From positions 5,828,001 through 5,892,000 of the forward strand of contig OZ024763.1 of assembly GCA_964016885.1 (NCBI GenBank): a stretch of 64,000 nucleotides of DNA. Direction: 5' to 3'. The stretch comes from Eledone cirrhosa. Taxonomy: Eukaryota. Below are positions 1-61,190 of this stretch, one piece after another (the first letter of the stretch is position 1; every line of letters starts with the position of its first letter). The translations under genes were made by a program, and so were the position numbers. The notes below the pieces were generated by a model. It saw nothing but the letters and a program-made list of their open reading frames with translations. It made no database searches and was not told where the DNA came from.

Positions 1-2368
1 TTATTGCTTCTGTTGTTGGTGGTGTTATTGCTTCTGTTGTTGGTGTTATTGCTTCTGTTGTTGTTGGTGTTATTGCTTCTGTTGTTGTTGGTGTTATTGC
101 TTCTGTTGTTGGTGTTATTGCTTCTGTTGTTGTTGGTGTTATTGCTTCTGTTGTTGTTGGTGTTATTGCTTCTGTTGTTGTTGGTGTTATTGCTTCTGTT
201 GTTGTTGGTGTTATTGCTTCTGTTGTTGTTGGTGTTATTGCTTCTGTTGTTGTTGGTGTTATTGCTTCTGTTGTTGTTGGTGTTATTGCTTCTGTTGTTG
301 GTGGTGTTATTGCTTCTGTTGTTGGTGGTGTTATTGCTTCTGTTGTTGTTGGTGTTATTGCTTCTGTTGTTGGTGGTGTTATTGCTTCTGTTGTTGTTGG
401 TGTTATTGCTTCTGTTGTTGGTGTTATTGCTTCTGTTGTTGTTGGTGTTATTGCTTCTGTTGTTGTTGGTGTTATTGCTTCTGTTGTTGTTGGTGTTATT
501 GCTTCTGTTGTTGTTGGTGTTATTGCTTCTGTTGTTGTTGGTGTTATTGCTTCTGTTGTTGTTGGTGTTATTGCTTCTGTTGTTGTTGGTGTTATTGCTT
601 CTGTTGTTGTTGGTGTTATTGCTTCTGTTGTTGTTGGTGTTATTGCTTCTGTTGTTGGTGGTGTTATTGCTTCTGTTGTTGGTGGTGTTATTGCTTCTGT
701 TGTTGTTGGTGTTATTGCTTCTGTTGTTGGTGTTATTGCTTCTGTTGTTGTTGGTGTTATTGCTTCTGTTGTTGTTGGTGTTATTGCTTCTGTTGTTGTT
801 GGTGTTATTGCTTCTGTTGTTGGTGGTGTTATTGCTTCTGTTGTTGTTGGTGTTATTGCTTCTGTTGTTGTTGGTGTTATTGCTTCTGTTGTTGTTGGTG
901 TTATTGCTTCTGTTGTTGGTGTTATTGCTTCTGTTGTTGTTGGTGTTATTGCTTCTGTTGTTGTTGGTGTTATTGCTTCTGTTGTTGGTGTTATTGCTTC
1001 TGTTGTTGTTGGTGTTATTGCTTCTGTTGTTGGTGTTATTGCTTCTGTTGTTGTTGGTGTTATTGCTTCTGTTGTTGTTGGTGTTATTGCTTCTGTTGTT
1101 GTTGGTGTTATTGCTTCTGTTGTTGTTGGTGTTATTGCTTCTGTTGTTGGTGTTATTGCTTCTGTTGTTGTTGGTGTTATTGCTTCTGTTGTTGGTGTTA
1201 TTGCTTCTGTTGTTGTTGGTGTTATTGCTTCTGTTGTTGGTGTTATTGCTTCTGTTGTTGTTGGTGTTATTGCTTCTGTTGTTGTTGGTGTTATTGCTTC
1301 TGTTGTTGGTGTTATTGCTTCTGTTGTTGTTGGTGTTATTGCTTCTGTTGTTGGTGTTATTGCTTCTGTTGTTGTTGGTGTTATTGCTTCTGTTGTTGTT
1401 GGTGTTATTGCTTCTGTTGTTGTTGGTGTTATTGCTTCTGTTGTTGTTGGTGTTATTGCTTCTGTTGTTGGTGTTATTGCTTCTGTTGTTGTTGGTGTTA
1501 TTGCTTCTGTTGTTGTTGGTGTTATTGCTTCTGTTGTTGGTGTTATTGCTTCTGTTGTTGTTGGTGTTATTGCTTCTGTTGTTGGTGGTGTTATTGCTTC
1601 TGTTGTTGGTGGTGTTATTGCTTCTGTTGTTGTTGGTGTTATTGCTTCTGTTGTTGGTGTTATTGCTTCTGTTGTTGTTGGTGTTATTGCTTCTGTTGTT
1701 GGTGGTGTTATTGCTTCTGTTGTTGGTGGTGTTATTGCTTCTGTTGTTGTTGGTGTTATTGCTTCTGTTGTTGTTGGTGTTATTGCTTCTGTTGTTGGTG
1801 GTGTTATTGCTTCTGTTGTTGGTGGTGTTATTGCTTCTGTTGTTGTTGGTGTTATTGCTTCTGTTGTTGTTGGTGTTATTGCTTCTGTTGTTGGTGTTAT
1901 TGCTTCTGTTGTTGTTGGTGTTATTGCTTCTGTTGTTGTTGGTGTTATTGCTTCTGTTGTTGTTGGTGTTATTGCTTCTGTTGTTGGTGGTGTTATTGCT
2001 TCTGTTGTTGTTGGTGTTATTGCTTCTGTTGTTGTTGGTGTTATTGCTTCTGTTGTTGGTGGTGTTATTGCTTCTGTTGTTGGTGGTGTTATTGCTTCTG
2101 TTGTTGGTGGTGTTATTGCTTCTGTTGTTGTTGGTGTTATTGCTTCTGTTGTTGTTGGTGTTATTGCTTCTGTTGTTGTTGGTGTTATTGCTTCTGTTGT
2201 TGTTGGTGTTATTGCTTCTGTTGTTGTTGGTGTTATTGCTTCTGTTGTTGTTGGTGTTATTGCTTCTGTTGTTGTTGGTGTTATTGCTTCTGTTGTTGTT
2301 GGTGTTATTGCTTCTGTTGTTGTTGGTGTTATTGCTTCTGTTGTTGTTGGTGTTATTGCTTCTGTTGT
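1..2368. repeat. 21/24-bp minisatellite (GTTATTGCTTCTGTTGTTGTTGGT)n
   Basis: Roughly 100 near-identical units, running off the left edge of the window. Confidence 0.97.
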
Positions 2369-2789
2369 TCCATTGGAAATCAAAAGAAGCCTGGTTCAAA
2401 TTCAACTCTCAGTCAACACCCCTTCCTCACCTCGGTCCCCTCCACCTTGACTGGCAACGAGATCGCTGGTGGTGGTGGTGGTGGTGGTGGTAGTGGTAGT
2501 GGTGGTGTAGGGTCGGGTAAGCCTGTAAATTCAGGGGAGATAACTCTGCTCATTTCAATTGTAGTTTTCGCAGACTCACATGGCCAAGTTAGTGGTTGTG
2601 TTTCGTGATTATATGGTTGTGAGTTTGATTCCTGCACCAGGCAGTGTGTTAAGGACGAAACACTTGCTGGACGGGTGGGGGTTCTCATCTGAAGACCTGC
2701 TCATCCAACTCTCCTGAGAGTGTCTTACCATATTGAACAAGATGCTTCGTTTCACACGTGTATGTGTGTGTGAAACGAAGCATCTTGTT

Positions 2790-2855
<66 letters not shown>

Positions 2856-3023
2856 AAATAACATTGACTACAGCAAAAATAAATTAAAATTTGTGTGTAT
2901 GTCAATGTATGTAAATGTGCGGATATTTGTGTCAGTATTAATGTGTGTGTATGTCAGTGTATGTAAATGTGTGGATATGTGTGTCAGTATTAATGTGTGT
3001 GTATGTCAGTGTATGTAAATATG

Positions 3024-3054
<31 letters not shown>

Positions 3055-3564
3055 CAGTGTATGTAAATGTGTGTGTATATATATATATATATCAGTGTAT
3101 ATGTGTTTGTGTCATTGTATGTGTGTATGTGTGTGTGTACAAAAGTCCACTTCTATAGTTTAGGTCAGTTAGACTTGCTGGGCAATTGAGGTCAGTGTCT
3201 CTTGTTTACTATGTAACATAAGGTCAGTGGACTCAGACACACATATACACCTGACATACACACAAACACACACATGCATATATACTTACACCTGACACAC
3301 ATATATACTTGCATAGACATATCTGATTCACTCATACATAGACACATACACATTTATACTTACATACACACTTACATTGACACACATATACGTATATGCA
3401 CACCCTACACACACATATACTTTCATTGATTGTAGCTAACTGTATATTTAAAATACTTGAGAGACATAAAAACTTTCACAACTGTTGATGTATTTACCAT
3501 CTTAACCTTGTCCTCCATTGATTTACTGTCTAATCCCCGCTCCACCCTGAATAAACTCAGCCCT

Positions 3565-4625
3565 AACCCTCTTATTACCATATTTCTAATGAAAGACCCT
3601 GTCTATGTCTTTAACCCTTTCATTACCATATTTCTAATGAAAGACCCTGTCTATGTCATTAACCCTTTCATTACCATATTTCTAATGAAAGACACTGTCT
3701 ATGTCTTTAACCCTTCCATTACCATATTTCTAATGAAAGACACTGTCTATGTCATTAACCCTTTCATTACCATATTTCTAATGAAAGACACTGTCTATGT
3801 CTTTAACCCTTCCATTACCATATTTCTAATGAAAGACACTGTCTATGTCATTAACCCTTTCATTACCATATTTCTAATGAAAGACACTGTCTATGTCTTT
3901 AACCCTTTCATTACCATATTTCTAATGAAAGACACTGTCTATGTCTTTAACCCTTCCATTACCATATTTCTAATGAAAGACACTGTCTATGTCTTTAACC
4001 CTTCCATTACGATATTTCTAATGAAAGACACTGTCTATGTCTTTAACCCTTTCATTACCATATTTCTAATGAAAGGCACTGTCTATGTCTTTAACCCTTT
4101 CATTACCATATTTCTAATGAAAGACACTGTCTATGTCTTTAACCCTTTCATTACCATATTTCTAATGAAAGACACTGTCTATGTCTTTAACCCTTCCATT
4201 ACCATATTTCTAATGATAGACACTGTCTATGTCTTTAACCCTTCCATTACCATATTTCTAATGAAAGACACTGTCTATGTCTTTAACCCTTTCATTACCA
4301 TATTTCTAATGATAGACACTGTCTATGTCTTTAACCCTTCCATTACCATATTTCTAATGATAGACACTGTCTATGTCTTTAACCCTTCCATTACCATATT
4401 TCTAATGAAAGACACTGTCTATGTCTTTAACCCTTTCATTACCATATTTCTAATGAAAGACACTGTCTATGTCTTTAACCCTTCCATTACCATATTTCTA
4501 ATGATAGACACTGTCTATGTCTTTAACCCTTCCATTACCATATTTCTAATGAAAGACACTGTCTATGTCTTTAACCCTTTCATTACCATATTTCTAATGA
4601 AAGACACTATGTCCTTAACCCTTTT
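3565..4625 (+). repeat. 48-bp minisatellite TTAACCCTTTCATTACCATATTTCTAATGAAAGACACTGTCTATGTCT, copy 1
   Basis: About 21 tandem units; the same unit occurs at 24485-24950 and 53085-53850. Confidence 0.96.
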
Positions 4626-4706
4626 AATCTATATTATAATCCCAACTTCACTGCCAACACCAAGAAACAGTACATTAAATCTATATTTTATTTCAATCTA
4701 TTCCAG

Positions 4707-30044
<25,338 letters not shown>

Positions 30045-31651
30045 ACAATGAAAAAACATTGAATGTGAAGTGTGGGGGGGTGGGGTTTCGGGGCGAGCTG
30101 GGAGCGTGTGTGGACAGGTGCAGAACCTAGGGGTGGGTGGGGTACCTGCTTGTGATGTACGAGAGCCAGCCAGCCAACCATACCAACCAGCCATACCAAC
30201 TAACCATCCATACATCCATCCATCCATCCTACCGTGCATACAGCACCATACATTTTTGTATGTATGTGTGGGCCTGTGTCTACGTATGCTTATGTCTATA
30301 TGTGTGTGTGTGTATATATGTGTATGTGTGTGGTTTTGAATATATATATATGATCCTCATTAGGGTGAAAGCAGAAATTCTTTGTTAAAACTTTAATCTG
30401 TACTAATAATAAATATATATATATAATGTGTGTGTGTATATATGTATATGTGTGTGTGTGGGGTTGGCATTAGGAAGGACAGCCAGTCATAGAAACCAAG
30501 CCAGAAACAGTTCTGTATGAGCAAGACATGGTCATCTGATTTGATTTGTCCCACAAACAGGACAACTCGTCTAACCCATGCAAGCGCGGAAAAATGGAAA
30601 TTTAAATGGTGATGATGATAAATATATATACACACACACACACATAGACTATATATAAGTTGATTTATTCATTTTACAACGTGGCCTTTCTGATGTTGGT
30701 TCAATTAACCCCCACCCCACCCCATCCACAAAATACGTGTCCCCCCTCCCCCGCCTCTACTAAACATAAACATAAACAACAAAAAATAAAAACTGTGTCT
30801 ATTGCAGTTTTTCGAGGAATAACACCATATCCCTGTGTGTTGTATGAGGCAACTAAGACAAGGGTTGGCGTCAGGAAGGGCATCCGGCCGTAAAATAAAC
30901 TGCCTCCACCAATAAAATTCCCATCAAACCCGTGCCAACATGAAAAAGGTAGGGCATAGGAGCGACAACAAAATTTAGTGAAGAACAGAAATTGTGTTGA
31001 ACTTAACCTGGAGGCTGAATTGTTTTAATGATTCGCTTCCCTTGATACTGTATTATATATTCAGGGGAGATTACTCTATCAGTGACATATTGCACCTAGA
31101 GTGCCCAAAAGATTCAACCGTTTCACTACCCTGGTTAATATATGTTTGTCTTTCTTTTCTTTCTTTCTGTCTCTCTCTTTCCGGCCTTGGCAATACAGTG
31201 ACTGCTCTCCATATTGACACCTCCCTCATCAACTCACATCCCCCTGCAGGTTTTAGCCACAAAGTTTCCATCACTGATAGATCTCAGCTTCCCACATCAC
31301 CTGGTCCTTGGGTACCTTTAACAGAGTCTACTCTGGTTTAACACCACCACCTAGTCCTTGGGTACCTTTAACAGAGTCTACTCTGGTTTAACACCACTTC
31401 CTGGTCCTTAGGTACCTTTAGCAGAGTTTACTCTACTGCACTTATTCAGAGACCAGGTTCCCCCACGTGAGGGTACCTCCCTATCTCCCTCCAGCCAGGA
31501 TGTGGGGTGGGTGATATAAAAACAATACTTGTTGATGTTCAATTGTCTTAGTTTCGTTTGTAACAGAGAGGTTTTCATTTTTATTTATTCATCATTTCTC
31601 TCTCTCTAAGATATAGTGATATTGTTTATAAACAGTTGATAAACTTACAAC

Positions 31652-32168
31652 GTACCACAGCAGTCTTCTAGACTAACACAGTACCACAGCAGTCTTCTAG
31701 ACTAACACAGTACCACAGCTGTCTTCTAGACTAACACAGTACCACAGCTGTCATCTAGACTAACACAGTACCACAGCTGTCATCTAGACTAACACAGTAC
31801 CACAGCTGTCATCTAGACTAACACAGTACCACAGCTGTCATCTAGACTAACACAGTACCACAGCTGTCTTCTAGACTAACACAGTACCACAGCTGTCTTC
31901 TAGACTAACACAGTACCACAGCTGTCATCTAGACTAACACAGTACCACAGCTGTCTTCTAGACTAACACAGTACCACAGCAGTCTTCTAGACTAACACAG
32001 TACCACAGCTGTCTTCTAGACTAACACAGTACCACAGCTGTCATCTAGACTAACACAGTACCACAGCTGTCTTCTAGACTAACACAGTACCACAGCTGTC
32101 TTCTAGACTAACACAGTACCACAGCTGTCTTCTAGACTAACACAGTACCACAGCTGTCTTTTAGACTG
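31652..32168. repeat. 29-bp minisatellite (GTACCACAGCTGTCTTCTAGACTAACACA)n
   Basis: About 17 units. Confidence 0.95.
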
Positions 32169-33425
32169 ACCAACAAGGTACTTCACAGCTGTGTACTAAA
32201 CACAGTAACAAGGTACCTCATACAATAACATAGCCCCTAAAATATGAAGGGTAGTTTTTTTTCTTTCCCAATATGTTTTAGTTGTATTTTTTTCGTAATA
32301 TCGTTTTTTAATGATATAAATTTATATTAATTTTTTTTTTAAGTGAAAGAAAAAATAGTAAAACAAATTTAGTTTTGAAGTTAATTATAACATTTGATTG
32401 GTTATCAGATTGATTAGTGTAGTCCTTGTATGTGACTGGCATTGCTACTGTTTGTAGATATGACAACCTCTCTAGTGATAGTACCATAAAAAATACACCC
32501 AGTCCACTCTGTAAAGTGGTTGGTGATAGGAATGGCATCCAGCTATAGAAATCTTGTCAAACAAAGGCCTGGGGTGGGGGAACAAATGAGGTAGGGAGGA
32601 GGGTTAGTAACAGAATCAGGCTGTCTCTTCATTTCTTCACACTATACCATGGTAAAATCTGTTTTGTTTTCTCCCCAAATATGTCTTGCCCCTAACTCCG
32701 ACCCGACCCCCCGTCACCCCCATCCTTCTCACTATGTCACTCTGTCACCCCCTCCCTCCCCTCCCCGTCCTTGGCAACATGTCACCTCCCAGTCATTCTT
32801 TCCCCAGAAATTTACTTACCATCCACAAATCACCCTGTAAATGTCGAACTCTGTATCGGGTGATTAATGTGTGTGTGTGTGTGTGTGTGCTGTTAGAAAA
32901 ACATGGTGGCGTTGTGTGTGTCTGTATTGATTTACTAATGTGTGTATGTTGAACTAGTGTGTGTGTGTGTGTTACGAAAACACGGTATTGGTGGTGTTGT
33001 ATCTGTTTGTGTGTTACTCTACTAATGTGTGTATGTGTGTATCTTGTTTCACAACCATTTCAATGGTGGTGATTCTGGTGCTGATGGTGTTGGTGTTGGT
33101 GCTGTTAGTGGTGGTAATAGTCTTGGTGGTGGTGGTAATGGTGGCAGTGATGGTGGTGGAGGAGTTGCTGCTGTATAAACTTCACTTTAATTAATTAATT
33201 CAACTGGTCCTCTCGAGCTGAATTCAAGAACTTATGTTGTATAATAAATATTAATGTTAATAATGATATCACAAATAAAAATAATAATTCTTCATATGAC
33301 CATTGCTACAACAACAACAACAACAACAACAATGACCATTGCTACAACAACAACTTTTTTTGTGGACTTTAATTTCTTCTACCTAACTCTGTGTTCATCT
33401 TGGATTTGGCTGTGTTGCAAACAAT

Positions 33426-33459
<34 letters not shown>

Positions 33460-33507
33460 GAACATACATACATACATACATATATATAAACATATATATG
33501 TATATAT

Positions 33508-33551
<44 letters not shown>

Positions 33552-34194
33552 AAACAAAGAAATCTATTCACAACAAAGACAAAAATATTTTCATTGGTGG
33601 TGGTGGGGGAGAGGGGGGTAAATAAGGTTTAAAGACAACAACAACATTTTCATGGGGCTGGGAAAGAGAGGATAGAGAGAGAGACGATGAAAGGAGAATG
33701 GTGGGGATGGGATGTAGCATAACATTTAACAATAACACAAAAACACCAACACCAACTCATTCGAAAAGAAAAGGAAATAAAAAGACTTCGTTTTCTTTGA
33801 AAGATTTATTTATTTATATGTAAAAGAAAGTTTGGATATTACTCTTTTTTCTCTTTGTTCATTTTTGTGGGGGGAGGGGGGGTTAATTTCTTCCCCACTC
33901 CCATTTCTCCTTTCCTTCCTTCCCTCCTTCCCTCCTTTGTTTTTGTTTTGTTTTTCTTTTTAACAAAATATTTTGAATTGTTTGTTGTTTTTTTTTTGTT
34001 TTTTTTCTGCAGCAAGGGAGGGGAAGGGAAGAGATATGGGGTGGGGGATGGAAGGGTCGGGTCGGGTGGTGTAGGGTGAGGTTTGTGGGGTGGGGAGAGA
34101 TGAACATTTGAAACTGTAACTATGGAAACAACACAAAAACAAAACAAGAAAAATGAAAAGACAAACCCAACAACAATAAAGACATGAAAGAAAG

Positions 34195-34580
34195 GCAACA
34201 TGTGACAGACAGGCAACATGTGGCAGTGACAGACAGGCAACATGTGGCGCACACCAGCATGCGGCCGTGTGACATGCATATGCAACATGTGACAGACACG
34301 TGCGACAGTGACAGATATGCAACATGTGACACAGTCCACATGTGGCAGTGACAGACAAGCAACATGTGGCACAGACAGCATGGGACATGTGACAGGCATA
34401 TGCGACAGTGACAGATGTGCAACATGTGACACACACAACATGCGACAATGACAGACAGTCCACATGTGACAGTGACGGACAAGCAACATGTGACAGATAT
34501 GCAACATGGAGCACACGTGACAGACGCAACATGCGACTGCCGGATATGCAACATGTGACACACAACACATGTGTCACGCA
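34195..34580. repeat. Degenerate CATGTG/GTGACAG-rich repeat
   Basis: Recurring GCAACATGTGACAG motifs. Confidence 0.8.
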
Positions 34581-34858
34581 TTGGTTTAACAACGTTTATT
34601 TCTTTGTAAAGAAAACAGAAAATTATTTCCAAATTAATAAAAAAAGAAAAAAGACTAACAACAATAATAATGGTTTCTGGTTTATGCAGAAGGCCAACAA
34701 CTTTGGAAGAGGGGAGAAAGTTGACTAAATCAGCCCCAGTATATTACTGGTGCTTTAATTTATCAACTCCCCCGTAAGAATGAAAGGTAAACAATAATAA
34801 TAATCATTTCTACTTTAGGCACAAGGCCAGCAATTTGAAGGGGAGGGTGGGGAGAAAG

Positions 34859-34966
34859 TTAACCTTTTGGCGGCTCCAGGCGCATTAAGTCGCCAATAGA
34901 GTAATCTCCCCTTAATACAGTGTCAAGCGAGACAATTCATTAATATTTCTAGCGAGCTAAAGGTTA
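34859..34966. mobile_element. Short TTAA-type element nested in a SINE fragment
   Basis: TTAA|CCTTTTGGC ... GCTAAAGG|TTAA interrupts an inverted SINE tail (34808-35000). Confidence 0.6.
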
Positions 34967-35459
34967 AATCACCCTCCAGTGCATTACTGGTATTTTATCA
35001 ACATCCCATATTCTCAAATATTTGTTTGTTATATTTTTTATCATTTTTTTGTGTTCTTGTAACAAATATTTAAAATAATTGTTTCATATTTTTGTTATTT
35101 TTGTTCTTATGTTGTTATGATTATTATGGCAGAATCGGTAGAGTGTCGAACTAAGCACCATGTGGTATTTGTTCCAGCTATTTACGTTCTGAGTCCAAAT
35201 CCAAATCCTGAGTCAACTTTCCCTTTCATCCTTACGGAGTCGATAAAATAAAGTACCAGTCACGTACTGGGGTCTATTTAATCAACTCCCGCCTTCCAAT
35301 TACCGGCCCTGTGCCTATACTAGAAATCATTATTACTGCTAATGTTCTTTTTTCTTTTCTTTTTTTCTTTCTTTTTTGGAAAAAAAAAAAAAAAAAACGA
35401 ATGTAAAATCCTAATTGCCAGCTTTTTCTGGGATTTTTCATGTCAGATTGTATGCTGTT

Positions 35460-36750
35460 GTGTGTGGTATACCATCCCAGTGGTATGGTATAGCTAGTGA
35501 TGTCCTGTGTGTGGTATGGTATAGCTAGTGATGTCCTGTGTGTGTGTGTTATACCATCGCAGTGGTATGGTATAGTTAGTGATGTTCTGTGTGTGGTATA
35601 CCATCTCAGTGGTATGGTATAGCTAGTGATGTCCTGTGTGTGTGTGTTATACCATCTCAGTGGTATGGTATAGCTAGTGATGTCCTGTGTGTGTGTGTTA
35701 TACCATCCCAGTGGTATGGTATAGCTAGTGATGTTCTGTGTGTGTGTGTCTTATACCATCCCAGTGGTATGGTATAGCTAGTGATGTCCTGTGTGCGTGG
35801 CATACCATCCCAGTGGTATGGTATAGCTAGTGATGTCCTGTGTGTGTGTGTGTGTGTTATACCATCTCAGTGGTATGGTATAGCTAGTGATGTCCTGTGT
35901 GTGTGTGTTATACCATCTCAGTGGTATGGTATAGCTAGTGATGTCCTGTGTGTGTGTGTTATACCATCCCAGTGGTATGGTATAGCTAGTGATGTTCTGT
36001 GTGTGTGTGTCTTATACCATCCCAGTGGTATGGTATAGCTAGTGATGTCCTGTGTGTGTGGTATACTATCTCAGTGGTATGGTATAGCTAGTGATGTCCT
36101 GTGTGTGTGTGTTATACCATCTCAGTGGTATGGTATAGCTAGTGATGTCCTGTGTGCGTGGTATACCATCTCAGTGGTATGGTATAGCTAGTGATGTCCT
36201 GTGTGTGGTATACCTAGTGATGTCCTGTGTGTGTGTGTTATACCATCCCAGTGGTATGGTATAGCTAGTGATGTCCTGTGTGTGTTGTATACCATCTCAA
36301 TGGTATGGTATAGCTAGTGATGTCCTGTGTGTGTGGTATACCATCCCAGTGGTATGGTATAGCTAGTGATGTCCTGTGTGGTATACCATCCCAGTGGTAT
36401 GGTATAGCTAGTGATGTCCTGTGTGTGTTATACCATCCCAGTGGTATGGTATAACTAGTGATGTCCTGTGTGTGTGGTATACCATCCCAGTGGTATGGTA
36501 TAGCTAGTGATGTCCTGTGTGTGTGGTATACCATCCCAGTGGTATGGTATAGCTAGTGATGTCCTGTGTGTGTGGTATACCATCCCAGTGGTATGGTATA
36601 GCTAGTGATGTCCTGTGTGTGGTATACCATCCCAGTGGTATGGTATAGCTAGTGATGTTGATGACGTGTTTAATATGTGTGTTATACCATCTCAGTGGTC
36701 TGGTATAGCTGTTAATGTGTGTGTGTGTTATACCATGTCAATGGTATGCT
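35460..36750. repeat. About 50-bp minisatellite with internal hairpin and variable (TG)n
   Basis: TATACCATCCCAGTGGTATGGTATAGCTAGTGATGTCC(TG)n, about 25 units. Confidence 0.95.
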
Positions 36751-38819
36751 ATAAATATTGATCTATTGATTTTTGTAAATAAAGAGTCAGACCAATGTGT
36801 TGATACATCTATGTCTTTCTTTCTTTGTTTAATTTTAGTGAAGGTGCGTGGTATAGTGGTTAGAGTTGGACTCAGGATTGTAAGGTTGTGTTTTCAATTT
36901 CTCGACCAGTTGATCTGTTTGTTTGTTGTGTTCTTGAGCAAGACATTTCATTTTATGTTGTTTGCAGGAAAAATAAAACCTAATAATTGTTTCTACTTTA
37001 GGCACAAGGCCAGCAATTACCCCAGTGCATTACTGGTACTTTATTTTATCGACCCCCGTAAGGATGAAAGGCAAAGTCAACCTCGGCGGGATTTGAACTC
37101 AGATCGTAAAGGGACGTAACTATGCTGGAAAGCATGGCGTCCGACCCTCTACCGATACTGCCAATCCACCGCCCTAATAAAACCTAATAATGATATCATT
37201 AAAACACCAGAGAAACCTCCTATGAGATTCAACCTTGTGAGAGGCAAGCTACACCTACATAGGTGTGAGATATACAATTAAGCACCAATTATGTCCCCTT
37301 GAATTACCGTCTGTCAAATATGGCTTAAAACCAAAACAAACCTCATCCCATAAACTGAACTGTAAATATATTGCAACAGCAGAAGTCTGACGAGCTTTTG
37401 ATTCCAGAGTCGGGCCAGATCGAATCTTGGGCTGATCAATAGCAAAACGCCCGTCACCAACCACTAAACGTAATGAAGGCTTAACAAACCGTCCTTGTAT
37501 TATTATATTACACCGTCTAGCTCTACACCTCGATGCTGACGTGAACCTAAGCATGGAGTGCTCACCTGGGTGAACCTACAGTAACTCCGTGTTACACTTC
37601 CTGGGTATATATTTAGTTTAATGGTTTGTAACTTGTCAGTGCCAACATGTGCATTGCAGTGATTGGAAGGAATGGCGACCCCCCCCCCCCTCCCCGGATC
37701 TAAATAAAGGTCACAGGAGCAGTTAAAGAGCTCAAATGTGGCAAAGCCACTGGGGAAGATGAAATCTGCCCAAGATGTTAAAAGATTTAAATAAAGGCAA
37801 TTGGAAGTGATAATTCCAATTGAGTTGTCCTGCAGACCATGTATCGATGAATAAATAAATATCTTGCAGAGATTATGTAATAGTACAGGATCCAATTTTT
37901 TTTTTAATTGCTGCTCTCATTGCGAAATACATATTACATAACTATAAAGACCTAGGATAAATCTTACCTGGAATAAACTCACTCAAATGTAAATCGTCTC
38001 CCTTCACCATCTAACTTCAGCTATCACCCTTGTTGACGTCCAGGTGCAGAATCAAGTCCACTCGTATACATTTCTATTCTCAGCACAACCTCACTTGAAT
38101 TGAAAATCCTTTGAGTGAAACATGGTTTCTCAAGTATGGTTTGCTAATTTGTTGTGGAACTCTCTCTATATATATATTCGAAAGTAAGTTGTTTTTTTAA
38201 TATATCCCACATTGGTAAATTGAAATATATATATATATGTATATGTGTGTGTGTGTGTGTGTGTATATATATAAATTGTTGGCCTTGTACCGAAATTACA
38301 AATCATTTGTCTGTTTATCAACAACAGTTTTAATTAGCTACACACACCTGTGTCTCTAGCTACTCAAATATTATATATATATGATCATCTTCCTCTTTTT
38401 ACGTCTATTTTCCAAGCTGGCATGGGTTCTACATGTTGGTACAACCGATATTTGGAGTTGACTATCATCTTGTATGAGTTTCTGGACCATGTTTCCTACA
38501 CAACTTCTTCAACTGGATGCCCTTTATACTACCAACCCCTTTTACAGAGTGTACTGGGTGTATTTTATAACACCAGCACTAGAGTAGTAGTCATGTTTTT
38601 TGACAAAACTAAAGAGCCTATGTTGTCTGTTTGATAACCAACACTTTACAGAGTGTACTGGGTGTATTTAATCATGACACCAGCACTACCACTTTACAGA
38701 GTGTACTGGGTGTATTTTATCGTGACACCAGCAGGAAAGACATTGTCATACCCTTCACCCAACTGAAGAGTCCTTCATAATTCATACAATTTAAGTTTGA
38801 AAACTTCAATATATATACA

Positions 38820-38888
38820 CAGGGTGCCCCAAAAGTCAATAGACAATTGTACACAAATATATATATAGTGACTTTGTGGGCACCATGT
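38820..38888. mobile_element. Small Tc1/mariner-like MITE
   Basis: CAGGGTGCCCCAAAAGTCA ... TGACTTTGTGGGCACCATG in a TA context. Confidence 0.55.
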
Positions 38889-38961
38889 ATATCTAAATAT
38901 ATTTTTTGTCTTCAATTTCATCCATTTTAAAAAAAATTTTTAAATATTTATTTGTATTGAA

Positions 38962-60557
<21,596 letters not shown>

Positions 60558-61152
60558 TTTATAGCTTACATAGAATTTAAATCATATTACGGTTATATAT
60601 ATATATATATATCGTCCTTTCGACTGAGTGCTCTACCAACTTCGGATATAACCTCTCGGTTTTTTACCACTATATATATATATATTATTGTTTCATATAT
60701 CTCTCTTCTGTTTGTTGTTCGTGTTTGTTTATATAGATACTAGATAGTAAACATTCTACGTGTCACACCGACTGTGATGTCATGGCGTTTGCGTGATGGT
60801 GTTGTGGAGTGTTGTGATGTGGCGTATTGTGATGTTGTTTGGTGTCTGGTATGATGCAGCGTTGTGTTGTGTAGTATGTCTGATGTGGTAAGTGTTGTTC
60901 TTGTTGTGGTTTTCGTAAGTTGTAGCGTGGTGTGGTGTTGTGTGATCTGGTGTAATGTTGCGATGAGTTGATAGACGATCAGTCTTCGTAAATATTTATT
61001 TTTCACTCACTCAGACGTTATTTATATATATATATATATGTGTGTGGTGTGTGTTTATATATAGTTGTAATATGACACAAGCTGAAACCTCTTAGCGCAG
61101 TAGGAATTCTTTTATATACACATATATATATGTGTATATTTATGTGTGTATG

Positions 61153-61190
<38 letters not shown>

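Noticed and set aside
4-2493. 829-aa Leu/Val-rich ORF
   Set aside because: Translation of a stop-free 21/24-bp minisatellite; it has no ATG start and no domain content.
35460-36750. CRISPR-like array (palindromic repeat with variable spacers)
   Set aside because: The spacers are only (TG)n length variants, the context is eukaryotic and there are no cas genes. The same applies to the arrays at 18825, 31652 and 43877.
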